This document shows positions 37,265 through 46,052 of a DNA stretch of 60,537 nt, one piece after another. Under the pieces are notes generated by a model, which was given only the letters and a program-made list of their open reading frames with translations, was not told the origin of the DNA and searched no databases. The position numbers and the translations under genes are program-made. The DNA comes from Caldisericota bacterium (GTDB lineage: Bacteria > Caldisericota > Caldisericia > UBA6126 > JAGPKI01), in NCBI GenBank assembly GCA_052034135.1, contig JBPOJC010000013.1, forward strand, positions 1-60,537, given 5' to 3'. Numbering within the stretch: the stretch's first letter is position 1; each line of letters begins with the position of its first letter.

Positions 37265-37758
37265 AGAGGAGATTCCTTCAGGACGTGTGCAAAAGACCGC
37301 ACTTCGGAATAACACCACCCCTGTCACCCTGAGGAGCATCTTTCCAGCGACGAAGGGTCTCCTCAAGGTCATTCCCGCGAAAGCGGGAATCCAGAGAGTT
37401 TTAGAAGTATGTTTAGAAATAAGGTCTGGATCCCCGATAAAAGATTTCGGGGATGACAAGGAGAAATACTGAGATTCCTTAAGGACTTGTGCGAAAAGAC
37501 CGCACTTCGGAATGACATCACCTCTGTCACCCTGAGGAGCATCATTTCAGCGACGAAGGGTCTCCTCAAGGTCATTCCAAGCGATTGCGGGAATCCAGAG
37601 AGTTTAGAAGTATGTTTAGAAATAAGGTCTGGATCCCCGATAAAAGATTTCGGGGATGACAAGTTACCTTCTGGATCCCCGATAAATACATTCGGGGGTG
37701 ACATTTGTGTGGAGTTCGGGGATGACGGGAGAAAAGAGAGGAATGTCTATACTACATC
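37265..37758 (+). repeat. mosaic hairpin-module repeat array R15 (last array, about 170 bp from the pheT stop)
   Basis: Module order: E, F, A, linker, B, E, F, A-variant, linker, B, B, b-half, degenerate C. Confidence 0.9.
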
Positions 37759-37927
37759 GTCTTTGTTTGATTTTGCATGAGTAATAAATTATTTTACTTC
37801 CACAACGTGACCTGAGAAAGTGCTCTTTAGGTCCGTGATTTAATATAAAAGAATTTAGCTATTGGTGCATATTTTAAATTTGCTGAGAAGCTTAAGAGGT
37901 CTTAAGTTCAATATAAAGAATATGGCT

Positions 37928-40354
37928 TTACCTCCTTAAAGTAGCCGAGAAGGTAGAGCAAATTTCATTTATAATTCTGTCGAGAGTTTTCTGAATCTGC
38001 TCCCCTGTTAAATTTAGACCAAAATTAAAGTTTAACCTTAATGCAATGCTTTTCTTGCCTTCAGGAATATTTTCTCCCTTATAAACATCAAAAAGAGTAA
38101 TATTAGTAAGTGATGAATTAGCCAAAGACTTTATTTTATCGATAATGTCACCAACTTTTATAATATCATCTACAACTAATGCTATATCCCTAACAATTTC
38201 TTGAGTTTGAGGAATGGGAATAAACTTTGGAACCTGAAGAATATGTTCTGTTATTAATGATAATTTTATACTTGCATAGAAGATGTCATGGTCAATATCA
38301 TAATAATTATTTATCCTTTCATTAATTTTTCCAAATGAGCCAATATTTGAATTGTCAATGAAGAAATCAACAGATTCATCTATATCCAATATTTTACTAT
38401 CTATATTCTTTTTCTCTTTGAAAGGAACTTTAAATCTTGTAAATAATGATTCAATAAACCCTTTACCATAATAGAAATCTACTTTTACAGGTTTCTCGAG
38501 CCAGTTTTCAGTATTTCTATTTCCTGTCATAACTATATCAAGAAATTCTTCTTCCGAGTTTTTCGTATAATGTTTCCCGATTTCGAATAATTTAAGGTCA
38601 GTATGCTTTCTATATATATTTCTCTGTATCACCGAGCAAAATCCAATAATCTTATCTGGCGAAAGAAATGATAGCCCGCTTTTAATGGGGTTTTTTACTC
38701 TTAATAGGTCGTTTATGTCACTGCCATAAATAAGAAATATTTCTTCGTCTTTAACGAATGAATCAGTTATTATTTCTGAAAAACCTAATCCTATTAGCAA
38801 ATTACGTAATTTATTTTTAACTCTGTAATTATAGTTCTCGTCTTCGTATTTTACATAATATGGTGTTGCTTGAGGAGTTATTTTATCATAACCAACAAAT
38901 CTCAATATTTCTTCGATAATATCAACAGTTTCTTTAATATCATTTTCTCTAAATGGCGGTACCTTTATGGTTAAGTAATCCTGTGATTTAATTTCGAAAG
39001 GTATTTCAAGTTTACCCAAAATATTAGTTGCGTCATACTTACTCAATTCTATTCCTGTTACCTTTTTAAAGTCACCTATTGAAAAATCTATCTTTTGAGG
39101 TTTATATTCGTCGCTACCATTTTCTAAAATTTCTCCTAAAATAGTTCCATTGCAAATCGAGGCTATAAGATTGGTTGCTATCAATGCTAATTCTTTTGTT
39201 CTTGTTCTGTCAATAATTCTACTATACCTAATGGAAGCATCAGTGTTAATATTAAGTCTTTCAGAGGTTCTATTTATATACAATGGATTAAAGAATGCAG
39301 ATTCAATTAAAACACATTTAGAGTCATTAGTAATTTCACTATCAACACCCCCAATAATACCAGCCAAAGCTATTGGATGCAAATCATCTGCAATCACAAG
39401 GTCCTCTTCAGTTAGCGGATAAGTTTTTCCGTCTATTGCTTTTATTTCCTCGGTATCATTACTTGTTCTGACAATAATTTCTTTTCCTCCAACTTTATTT
39501 AAATCAAATGTATGAAGTGGTTGACCATAAAAGTACATTATAAGGTTAGCGATATCAACTACATTGTATATTGGTCTAATTCCAAGGGAAAATAATGATT
39601 TTCTAATTTCATATGGCGAACTTTTTACATTAATATTATTAATTATTGTACAGCTATAGTAAGGACATCCTTCTTTATCTAATATTTTAACACCCTTAAA
39701 ATCTTTCTTTGCGGTTTCTCTTTTAATTTTTGAACTATCAAACGATGGATAAATAAAATTAGGCTTATTCTTTATTTCCTGAGGAATAGATATATAAAAT
39801 GCTGCAGTGATCTCTCTTAAAATTCCTAAAAATGAATAGCAATCAGACCTATTGAAAGGAACTTTTAAATTTAATAATGGTGCAGAAAGATTAAAAAGTT
39901 CATAGAAATTTTGACCAACAGGAGTGTCGTCTGGTAGCTCCATTATGCCTTCTCTTTCAACTGCACTTAAAAAGTCTGAGTTTAAGGAGAGCTCTTTATA
40001 CGAGAGGAGCATTCCATCAGATATAACATCGCCAAATTGTCTTTTCTCTAAGGTTTTACCGAGTATTTCGGTGTTAGGTGAAGCATATGCATAAATACCA
40101 CCAGCTTTTATCTTTTCCCAGCTGGTTACAACTGTAATATTTGTCTCACCATCTGTTACTTCAATTTTATAAAGGTTATTTAAAGATTCAATTTTCTCTA
40201 CCTTATTAGCTTTTACAGTTATAAAATTATTTACTTGATATTTTATTAAATCTTCAACCTCAAAACCTATATTAATCAATCTCTTAATAAGTTCATCGAG
40301 CGAAGGATTGGATTCTTTAAGTATCTCTTTTAAAAAATTATAAGCTATAATCAT
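37928..40354 (-). CDS. pheT: phenylalanine--tRNA ligase beta subunit
   Basis: 808 aa. Domain order is tRNA-binding, B3/B4, B5, catalytic-like, FDX-ACB. Located immediately downstream of pheS. Confidence 0.9.
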   Translation of the reverse strand: MIIAYNFLKEILKESNPSLDELIKRLINIGFEVEDLIKYQVNNFITVKANKVEKIESLNNLYKIEVTDGETNITVVTSWEKIKAGGIYAYASPNTEILGKTLEKRQFGDVISDGMLLSYKELSLNSDFLSAVEREGIMELPDDTPVGQNFYELFNLSAPLLNLKVPFNRSDCYSFLGILREITAAFYISIPQEIKNKPNFIYPSFDSSKIKRETAKKDFKGVKILDKEGCPYYSCTIINNINVKSSPYEIRKSLFSLGIRPIYNVVDIANLIMYFYGQPLHTFDLNKVGGKEIIVRTSNDTEEIKAIDGKTYPLTEEDLVIADDLHPIALAGIIGGVDSEITNDSKCVLIESAFFNPLYINRTSERLNINTDASIRYSRIIDRTRTKELALIATNLIASICNGTILGEILENGSDEYKPQKIDFSIGDFKKVTGIELSKYDATNILGKLEIPFEIKSQDYLTIKVPPFRENDIKETVDIIEEILRFVGYDKITPQATPYYVKYEDENYNYRVKNKLRNLLIGLGFSEIITDSFVKDEEIFLIYGSDINDLLRVKNPIKSGLSFLSPDKIIGFCSVIQRNIYRKHTDLKLFEIGKHYTKNSEEEFLDIVMTGNRNTENWLEKPVKVDFYYGKGFIESLFTRFKVPFKEKKNIDSKILDIDESVDFFIDNSNIGSFGKINERINNYYDIDHDIFYASIKLSLITEHILQVPKFIPIPQTQEIVRDIALVVDDIIKVGDIIDKIKSLANSSLTNITLFDVYKGENIPEGKKSIALRLNFNFGLNLTGEQIQKTLDRIINEICSTFSATLRR

Positions 40355-40355
40355 T

Positions 40356-41381
40356 TTAGAATTGCTTTAAAAATTCCATATCATTTTCAAAAAAGAGCCT
40401 TATATCGTTAATACCATATTTAATCATTGCAAGGCGTTCAATCCCCCATCCAAAAGCAAAACCTCTAAATTTATCTGGGTCAATCCCAACATTTCTAAAA
40501 ACCTGCGGATGAACCATTCCAGAGCCTCCTAATTCAATCCATCCTGCATTACTGCATACATTACATCCTTCGCCAAGGCAAAACGGACAACTTATAAGAG
40601 TCTCAGCGCCAGGCTCAACAAAAGGAAAATATGAAGGAATGAACCTTACGTTTATCTCTTTACCAAAAATACCTTTCATCATCTCTGTTAAAATCCAGCT
40701 TAAATCTGATAAATTGATATTTCTATCAACTACCAGCCCTTCAATTTGGTGAAAAACTGGAGAATGAGTAGCATCTTGAGCGTCTCTGCGATAGCATCTT
40801 CCCCCAACAGTGACAATTCTAAATGGAGGAGTTAAGGTTTCCATCGCTCTGATTTGAACAGGAGATGTGTGAGTTCTTAGAAGACGCTCTTCATCGATAT
40901 AAAATGAGTCCTGCATCTTCCTTGCAGGATGCCACTTTGATATATTTAGTGCTTCAAAATTATGATAATTATCCTCTATTTCATAGCCATCAATGATTTT
41001 AAAATTTAAACTTCTAAACAAAGAATATAGTTCATCAACAATTAAACTTAATGGGTGAATGTGCCCAATTTCAATTTTAATACCTGGTATTGAGTAATCA
41101 AAGAATTTCGTAGGCTTTTTAGATTTGCTTTCCTCTGAAATTTTAGTCACTGCTTCTTCAATAGAACTTGTAATTCTATCTTTGAGAGAATTTAGAAGGT
41201 TGCCTGCCTCTTTCTTCTCTTCGGCGGGGAGTTCACTTAAATTACTAAAAAGCTTTCTTATTTTACCTTTTCTACCAAGAAATGTAATTTTTAGTTCATC
41301 AAGCTCTAAAATGCTTTTAATATTGTTGATTTCTTCAAAAAACTCTTTCTCTAAATTTTTAACTTCTTCTTCAAATGTCAA
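40356..41381 (-). CDS. pheS: phenylalanine--tRNA ligase alpha subunit
   Basis: 341 aa. HPARKMQDSFY, the class II motifs, and the C-terminal GFAFGWGIERLAM are present. Confidence 0.95.
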   Translation of the reverse strand: MTFEEEVKNLEKEFFEEINNIKSILELDELKITFLGRKGKIRKLFSNLSELPAEEKKEAGNLLNSLKDRITSSIEEAVTKISEESKSKKPTKFFDYSIPGIKIEIGHIHPLSLIVDELYSLFRSLNFKIIDGYEIEDNYHNFEALNISKWHPARKMQDSFYIDEERLLRTHTSPVQIRAMETLTPPFRIVTVGGRCYRRDAQDATHSPVFHQIEGLVVDRNINLSDLSWILTEMMKGIFGKEINVRFIPSYFPFVEPGAETLISCPFCLGEGCNVCSNAGWIELGGSGMVHPQVFRNVGIDPDKFRGFAFGWGIERLAMIKYGINDIRLFFENDMEFLKQF

Positions 41382-41404
41382 GTTAAATCAAACTCTCCTA
41401 TTCA

Positions 41405-41656
41405 CTAATCCTCTTTTAATACTTGTTTGTCTTCTATATTACTATCTTCTGCGTAATTATCTTCAGCGTAACTGCTTCCTGCTTGGTTGTTTTCTGCAAC
41501 TTGAGTAGGATGTTTTATATACCCTAGTTCCGATATTAAAATTTTTACATTCTCATTACCACATTTTGGACATACTATATTATTTCTTTTTTCATAAGAA
41601 GTAAAGACATCAAATTTGTTATCGCACTTATTGCACTTATATTCATAAATAGGCAT
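41405..41656 (-). CDS. FmdB-family zinc-ribbon protein
   Basis: MPIYEYKCNKCDNKFD....CPKCG is the canonical CxxC..CxxC N-terminus. 83 aa. Confidence 0.8.
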   Translation of the reverse strand: MPIYEYKCNKCDNKFDVFTSYEKRNNIVCPKCGNENVKILISELGYIKHPTQVAENNQAGSSYAEDNYAEDSNIEDKQVLKED

Positions 41657-41925
41657 TAAAATAAAACCTCCAAATTAAAAAATTTGTCAATAATAACTAT
41701 TGAGTTATTTATGTAATAAAATAATTCCCTTTAGTCAATATATTTTTTGCCTCCATTTTAAATTACAACTTTTAAAAAAAAAATATTTTTAAAAGAATCC
41801 TTGACAAACTTAAAAAAATTTTTTATTTATAGTAAAAGGGTTATTAGAGGCAGTATTATTTAAGTTTGAAAAATTAGTCACCTTTGTATCTGAATAATAG
41901 CAGGATAGAAAGGAAATAATAATAA

Positions 41926-42945
41926 ATGAAAATTGGTTTTATGCCTCAAACAAAGCTTCGAGACTTTATGGATCATATCTTTAAGAGTTATGATTGCTAT
42001 GCCCCTCAATATACATTAGAAAAGTTTCACTTTAAAAAAGTGACAGATCCTTCAAGCGCAATCCTCTTTGGAATAAGAACAGAAGAGCCAGTTTCATCTC
42101 TCTTCTTTCCTCCCTCGTCCGATTTAAGTGTTTTACCAGAAGATATAACACATCCTAAAGCCTTGATAGGAATAAAAAGCTGTGATTTGAGCGCAATAAA
42201 ATTATTGGATTGGGTTTTTATGAATGGTTCTTATGTTGATCCATTCTATCATATGAGAAGAAACAATTCTCTCATTATATCAACAGACTGCGTCGATTTT
42301 AATGAAAGTTGCTTTTGTACCTTAATTGGCGAGAAGCCTTACCCCGAATCAGGCTTCGATATAAACATATCTCAAATTAATGACGGTTATTTACTTGAGG
42401 CTGGCACTGAAATAGGTGAAGAATTATTAATAAAGAAAAATTTATCTGAAGCTACAAATAATCAAATAGAAGAAAGAAATATAGGAAGAGAAGATGTAAA
42501 AAATACTCAATTAAGAAGCTTGGAAGAAAAAGGCTTTAATTTCAATTATCTTTCCATTGATTATGTTGTAAAAAATAGCTCACAATCAACTATTTGGGAT
42601 AATGAAAGTGAAAAATGCGTAGAATGTGGAGCATGTACTTTTACCTGTCCAACCTGTCACTGTTTTCTTCTATCTGCAAGCGGAAAGAATTATTTTGGCA
42701 AACATAGAAATTGGGATTCGTGCCTTTATTATGGATTTGCTCGAGTCGCTGGAGGAGCTAATCCAAGAAGTAAATTACGAGATAGGCTTAGAAACAGATT
42801 TGTAAAAAAATTTGTTTTTTTCCCAGAAGTTATAGATAGAATTGGTTGCACAGGTTGCGGAAGATGTATTGATGCATGTTTAGGGAAAATTGATATAAGA
42901 AAGGTATTGGAGGAAGTCTCAAGTGAAAAATCCGTATCTATCTGA
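41926..42945 (+). CDS. AsrA / sulfhydrogenase beta-like iron-sulfur subunit
   Basis: 339 aa with cluster motifs CVECGACTFTCPTCHC and CTGCGRCIDAC. Followed by an AsrB-like flavoprotein gene. Confidence 0.65.
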   Translation: MKIGFMPQTKLRDFMDHIFKSYDCYAPQYTLEKFHFKKVTDPSSAILFGIRTEEPVSSLFFPPSSDLSVLPEDITHPKALIGIKSCDLSAIKLLDWVFMNGSYVDPFYHMRRNNSLIISTDCVDFNESCFCTLIGEKPYPESGFDINISQINDGYLLEAGTEIGEELLIKKNLSEATNNQIEERNIGREDVKNTQLRSLEEKGFNFNYLSIDYVVKNSSQSTIWDNESEKCVECGACTFTCPTCHCFLLSASGKNYFGKHRNWDSCLYYGFARVAGGANPRSKLRDRLRNRFVKKFVFFPEVIDRIGCTGCGRCIDACLGKIDIRKVLEEVSSEKSVSI

Positions 42946-43741
42946 AGAATTTGTTGTTAAAGATGTAATTTCAGAATCTCCTACAATTAAAACTTATGTT
43001 CTTGAGGGAGTAAATGAATTTAGCTTTAAGACTGGTCAATTTGTAGAGTTTTGTTTACCAGGATATGGAGAAGCCCCATTCACTCCTTCTTCTTCACCAT
43101 TAGTCAAAGAAAAAATTGAAATTACCATAATGAAAGCAGGTTATGTGACTGAAAAAATTCATGACAATGTAGTTCCTGGTACAGTTGTAGGAATAAGAGG
43201 TCCCTTCGGTTTAGGCTATCCTTTAGATGACTTTAAAGGCAAAGAAATATTAGTAATTGGTGGAGGTGTTGGTTTAGCCCCTCTACGCTCTCTTCTTTAT
43301 TCTCTATTTTCTACATATTCTAATTATCCAAAAATTGTTTTAAAATACGGCGCTAAGACGCCTTCTGACATTATTTACAAGGATGAATTTGTTGAGTGGA
43401 GTAAAATTAAAAATTTTTCATGTGAAATTACAGTGGATGTTGGAGACGAAAATTGGAATGGAAACGTTGGAGTAGTGACCGAAATTGTAAAAGGGGGTGA
43501 TGTAGCAAAAGAAAATAGCGTGGCTATTGTCTGTGGACCACCAATAATGATGAAATTTACAACATTTAAGCTTTTAGATTTAGGTTTTAAACCTGATCAA
43601 ATTTACCTCTCTATGGAAAAAAATATGAGTTGTGGAATAGGTAAATGTGGACACTGCAGATTAGGTAATCATTATGTTTGCGTAGATGGTCCTGTCTTTA
43701 TTTATAAATCTCTAAAAGATTTAGAGGAGATATGGGATTGA
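42923..43741 (+). CDS. AsrB / sulfhydrogenase gamma-like FAD/NAD(P)-binding [2Fe-2S] subunit
   Basis: 272 aa. GGGVGLAPLRSL dinucleotide motif and C-terminal CGIGKCGHCRLG..CVDGPVF cluster motif. GTG start. Confidence 0.7.
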   Translation: MKNPYLSEEFVVKDVISESPTIKTYVLEGVNEFSFKTGQFVEFCLPGYGEAPFTPSSSPLVKEKIEITIMKAGYVTEKIHDNVVPGTVVGIRGPFGLGYPLDDFKGKEILVIGGGVGLAPLRSLLYSLFSTYSNYPKIVLKYGAKTPSDIIYKDEFVEWSKIKNFSCEITVDVGDENWNGNVGVVTEIVKGGDVAKENSVAIVCGPPIMMKFTTFKLLDLGFKPDQIYLSMEKNMSCGIGKCGHCRLGNHYVCVDGPVFIYKSLKDLEEIWD

Positions 43742-44238
43742 TTGAGAGAAAGAAAAAACTTATTATTAATTTGGATTTATTACGAAAAGAAAGCATAAAT
43801 TATTTATGTTCTTACCCCTTCCATCCTAAAAATGACGGATTAGATTACCTTTATGAATTAGCAACATATTCTTCTATATGCAGACATTGCGAGGAGGGAG
43901 CTTGTGTGAAAGCTTGCCCCGTAGAAGCTCTTTTTAGAAACGATGATGGAATTTTAAAAAGATTCAATTTACGGTGTGTAAGTTGTAAATCCTGTTCAGT
44001 TGCCTGTCCATTTGGGACAATTATTCCTGACATACTTCCTTATAGAGTTTCAACTTGTGATTATTGTCTTGACCGCGTAAGTGATGACGATATTCCTCTA
44101 TGTGTTAAAACTTGTTCAATAAAAGATGCAATTCAATTCAGAGAACCTGAAAAAGAGGATAGTAATGCTTTTTCTGTAGGAGACAATTTAATTGTTTATG
44201 CAACTTATTGGCAAGGAGGGTTAGAAAAGAAACTGTGA
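43732..44238 (+). CDS. 4Fe-4S ferredoxin-type electron-transfer subunit (HycB-like)
   Basis: 168 aa with CRHCEEGACVKACP, CVSCKSCSVACPFG and CDYC...CVKTC. Confidence 0.75.
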   Translation: MGLIERKKKLIINLDLLRKESINYLCSYPFHPKNDGLDYLYELATYSSICRHCEEGACVKACPVEALFRNDDGILKRFNLRCVSCKSCSVACPFGTIIPDILPYRVSTCDYCLDRVSDDDIPLCVKTCSIKDAIQFREPEKEDSNAFSVGDNLIVYATYWQGGLEKKL

Positions 44239-45164
44239 GCACATTCTTTAATTATTTGATATTCCCTGGATTTTTGTTCACTTCTATAGCCGGGTTGGCA
44301 TTGAACTGGATCGATAGAAAATTAACTGCAAGAATTCAGTGGAGAGTTGGTCCTCCATGGTACCAACCTTTAGCTGATATTTTGAAATTATTCGGAAAGG
44401 AAATAACAATACCAAAAGATGGAAAAGATACTCTTTTCCTCATAGCACCATTTTTTTCTCTTGGAGCTTTAATTTTTGTTTCAACTTTATTACTCCTCCC
44501 AAATTTTCTTGGCTCCTCAGGCTTCGTTGGAGACTTAATTGTAATTCTCTATTTGCTTATGATTCCTGGAATTTCTACTATTCTTGGAGGAGCTTCATCC
44601 GCCAATCCTTTAGCAAGTTTAGGTGCATCACGTGAAATTAAACTTATGATTTCATACGAACTACCACTTGTATTAGCAATATTTACTCCAGTAATTAAAA
44701 CAAAAGGAATTATAGCTATTGATGGTATTTTAAAATATCAGTTAACAAATGGAATAATGATTAAAAATCCTTCTTGCTTAATAGCTTTTATAGTTGCAAT
44801 AATCTGTATGCAAGCAAAGCTTGGTTCTGTACCTTTTGATCAGTCAGAGGCTGAAACAGAGATTATGGCTGGCGCATATATTGAATATTCTGGGCTACCA
44901 CTCGCGATTTTTAAACTAAGTAAAATGGTACTTACATTTATTGCCCCCATTTTCTTAATAACAGTATTCTTAAATGGATTTAGATTCGTAAATGTTTTAA
45001 CGACTATAACTTCACTAATTAAGTATCTTATTTTATTTATCATTTACCTTCTTATAAAGCTTACTAATCCAAGACTTAGAATAGATCAAACTCTAAACTT
45101 CTTCTGGTCTTATGTAACTGTATTTGCTTTGATTGGTATAATTCTCGCATTATTGGGGGTATAA
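44235..45164 (+). CDS. hydrogenase membrane subunit, NuoH/HycD/MbhM-like
   Basis: Polytopic, with RIQWRVGPPWYQPLADILKLFGKE. I prefer the GTG at 44235 (GTGA overlap with the preceding stop, RBS AAGGAGGG upstream) over the ORF-track ATG at 44208. Confidence 0.8.
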   Translation: MSTFFNYLIFPGFLFTSIAGLALNWIDRKLTARIQWRVGPPWYQPLADILKLFGKEITIPKDGKDTLFLIAPFFSLGALIFVSTLLLLPNFLGSSGFVGDLIVILYLLMIPGISTILGGASSANPLASLGASREIKLMISYELPLVLAIFTPVIKTKGIIAIDGILKYQLTNGIMIKNPSCLIAFIVAIICMQAKLGSVPFDQSEAETEIMAGAYIEYSGLPLAIFKLSKMVLTFIAPIFLITVFLNGFRFVNVLTTITSLIKYLILFIIYLLIKLTNPRLRIDQTLNFFWSYVTVFALIGIILALLGV

Positions 45165-45169
45165 GAAAA

Positions 45170-45619
45170 ATGAATACTAAAATTCTTACGAAATCATTAT
45201 GGTTGTTTCATTGCTCTGTTGGCTCCTGTAATAATTGCGATATTGAACTTCTTGATTGTTTAACACCAAGATACGATGTTGAAAGATTTGGAATGCTTCT
45301 CGTGGGAAGCGTAAGACACGCTGATGTAATAGTAGTAACGGGAGCAATGAATATTAAATCGGTTCCGCGAATGAAGAAAATTTATGAACAGGCTCCAAAA
45401 CCATGTTTAGTGGTTGCGTGTGGAACATGTGCCACTTCACAGGGCATATTTAAATGTAGCTATACCATGCCAAAATCACTTGACGAGATACTCCCTGTAA
45501 GCCTTTACATTCCGGGGTGTCCACCAAGACCAGAAGCTATTATTGCAGGAATAGTTAATTTAATAAATAGACTTAATAAACCTCCTAAAAAAGAAAGATC
45601 AGAGGCTAAAAATGAGTGA
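45170..45619 (+). CDS. [NiFe] hydrogenase small subunit, NuoB/HycG/MbhJ-like
   Basis: 149 aa with cluster ligand motifs GSCNNCDIE, ACGTCA and GCPPRPEAI. Confidence 0.9.
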   Translation: MNTKILTKSLWLFHCSVGSCNNCDIELLDCLTPRYDVERFGMLLVGSVRHADVIVVTGAMNIKSVPRMKKIYEQAPKPCLVVACGTCATSQGIFKCSYTMPKSLDEILPVSLYIPGCPPRPEAIIAGIVNLINRLNKPPKKERSEAKNE

Positions 45620-46052
45620 AGACGTTAAAGATATTATACTTTCAAAATTAAAGGGATATGTAAAAAAATACGAGTCTCCATCTCTAATTCGCGGATATAT
45701 AGAAATTGAACCTAAAGATTTATTAAATGTCTCCGATATTCTTTATAACTCATTATCAGCAAGATTTATTACCGCTACAGGCTTTGATAATTCAAAAGAA
45801 TTTGAAATTTTTTACCATTTTAGCTTTGACAATTTAAACTATGTGTTAACAATAAAAGCAACTATTTCTTATGAAAATCCTGTAATACAGTCTTTATCTA
45901 CACTTTTCGATGCCGCTCTATGGATTGAGAGAGAAATTCATGAATTTTTTGGAATAGACTTCATTGGCCATCCAGACCTTACTCATTTACTTTTACCAGA
46001 AGATTGGGAAGAGGGTAATTATCCCTATCGAAGAGAGGAAAGAAATGTATGA
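45612..46052 (+). CDS. NuoC/MbhK-like hydrogenase subunit
   Basis: 146 aa with AALWIEREIHEFFGIDFIGHPD. Confidence 0.85.
   Translation: MSEDVKDIILSKLKGYVKKYESPSLIRGYIEIEPKDLLNVSDILYNSLSARFITATGFDNSKEFEIFYHFSFDNLNYVLTIKATISYENPVIQSLSTLFDAALWIEREIHEFFGIDFIGHPDLTHLLLPEDWEEGNYPYRREERNV

Noticed and set aside
15628-37758. Possible CRISPR array(s), because short GC-rich palindromic repeats recur many times.
   Set aside because: No single repeat recurs with a constant period and unique spacers of similar size. Instead, six or more different modules alternate with conserved linkers, the 'spacers' are themselves repeated, and no cas genes are present.
15625-37758. Prophage or integrative conjugative element as the explanation for the island.
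   Set aside because: There are no integrase, capsid/terminase, relaxase or type IV secretion genes. No tRNA gene sits at either edge. The content is exclusively small TA/Abi cassettes and repeats.
17452-37780. Dozens of 60-156-aa ORFs on both strands inside the repeat arrays. Examples are 17452..17807, 19425..19972, 21168..21368, 21807..21989, 22796..23005, 23954..24984, 27701..28037, 28937..29367, 30596..31255, 33470..34162 and 37241..37780.
   Set aside because: They are translations of the repeat modules, with recurring peptides SFPRKRESR, VIPAKAGIQ, GSPIKDFGDD, EILRFAQND, VILSEAKNL and LDSRFRGND. They overlap each other in several frames and on both strands. They have no ribosome-binding sites or recognisable domains. 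Their composition follows the GC-rich modules rather than the AT-rich coding style of real genes here.
41801-41829. Promoter for the hydrogenase operon (TTGACA at 41801-41806).
   Set aside because: The only hexamer at a 17-nt spacing is TATTTA, which lacks the invariant final T. The better TATAGT lies at a 21-nt spacing. This is too weak to report as a feature without transcript data.
41382-41925. T-box riboswitch or leader upstream of pheST.
   Set aside because: pheS directly follows the zinc-ribbon gene with a 23-nt gap. The 270-nt AT-rich region upstream of that gene shows no conserved T-box sequence (AGGGTGGNACCGCG-like) and no specifier-loop architecture that I can see.
9562-46044. Long N-terminal extensions given in the ORF track for the KASIII gene (9562), the NuoH-like subunit (44208) and the hydrogenase large subunit (45964).
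   Set aside because: The extensions overlap the preceding gene by 30-90 nt and have no homology-like sequence. Internal starts at 9628, 44235 (GTGA overlap) and 46045 give N-termini typical of the families and have plausible ribosome-binding sites.
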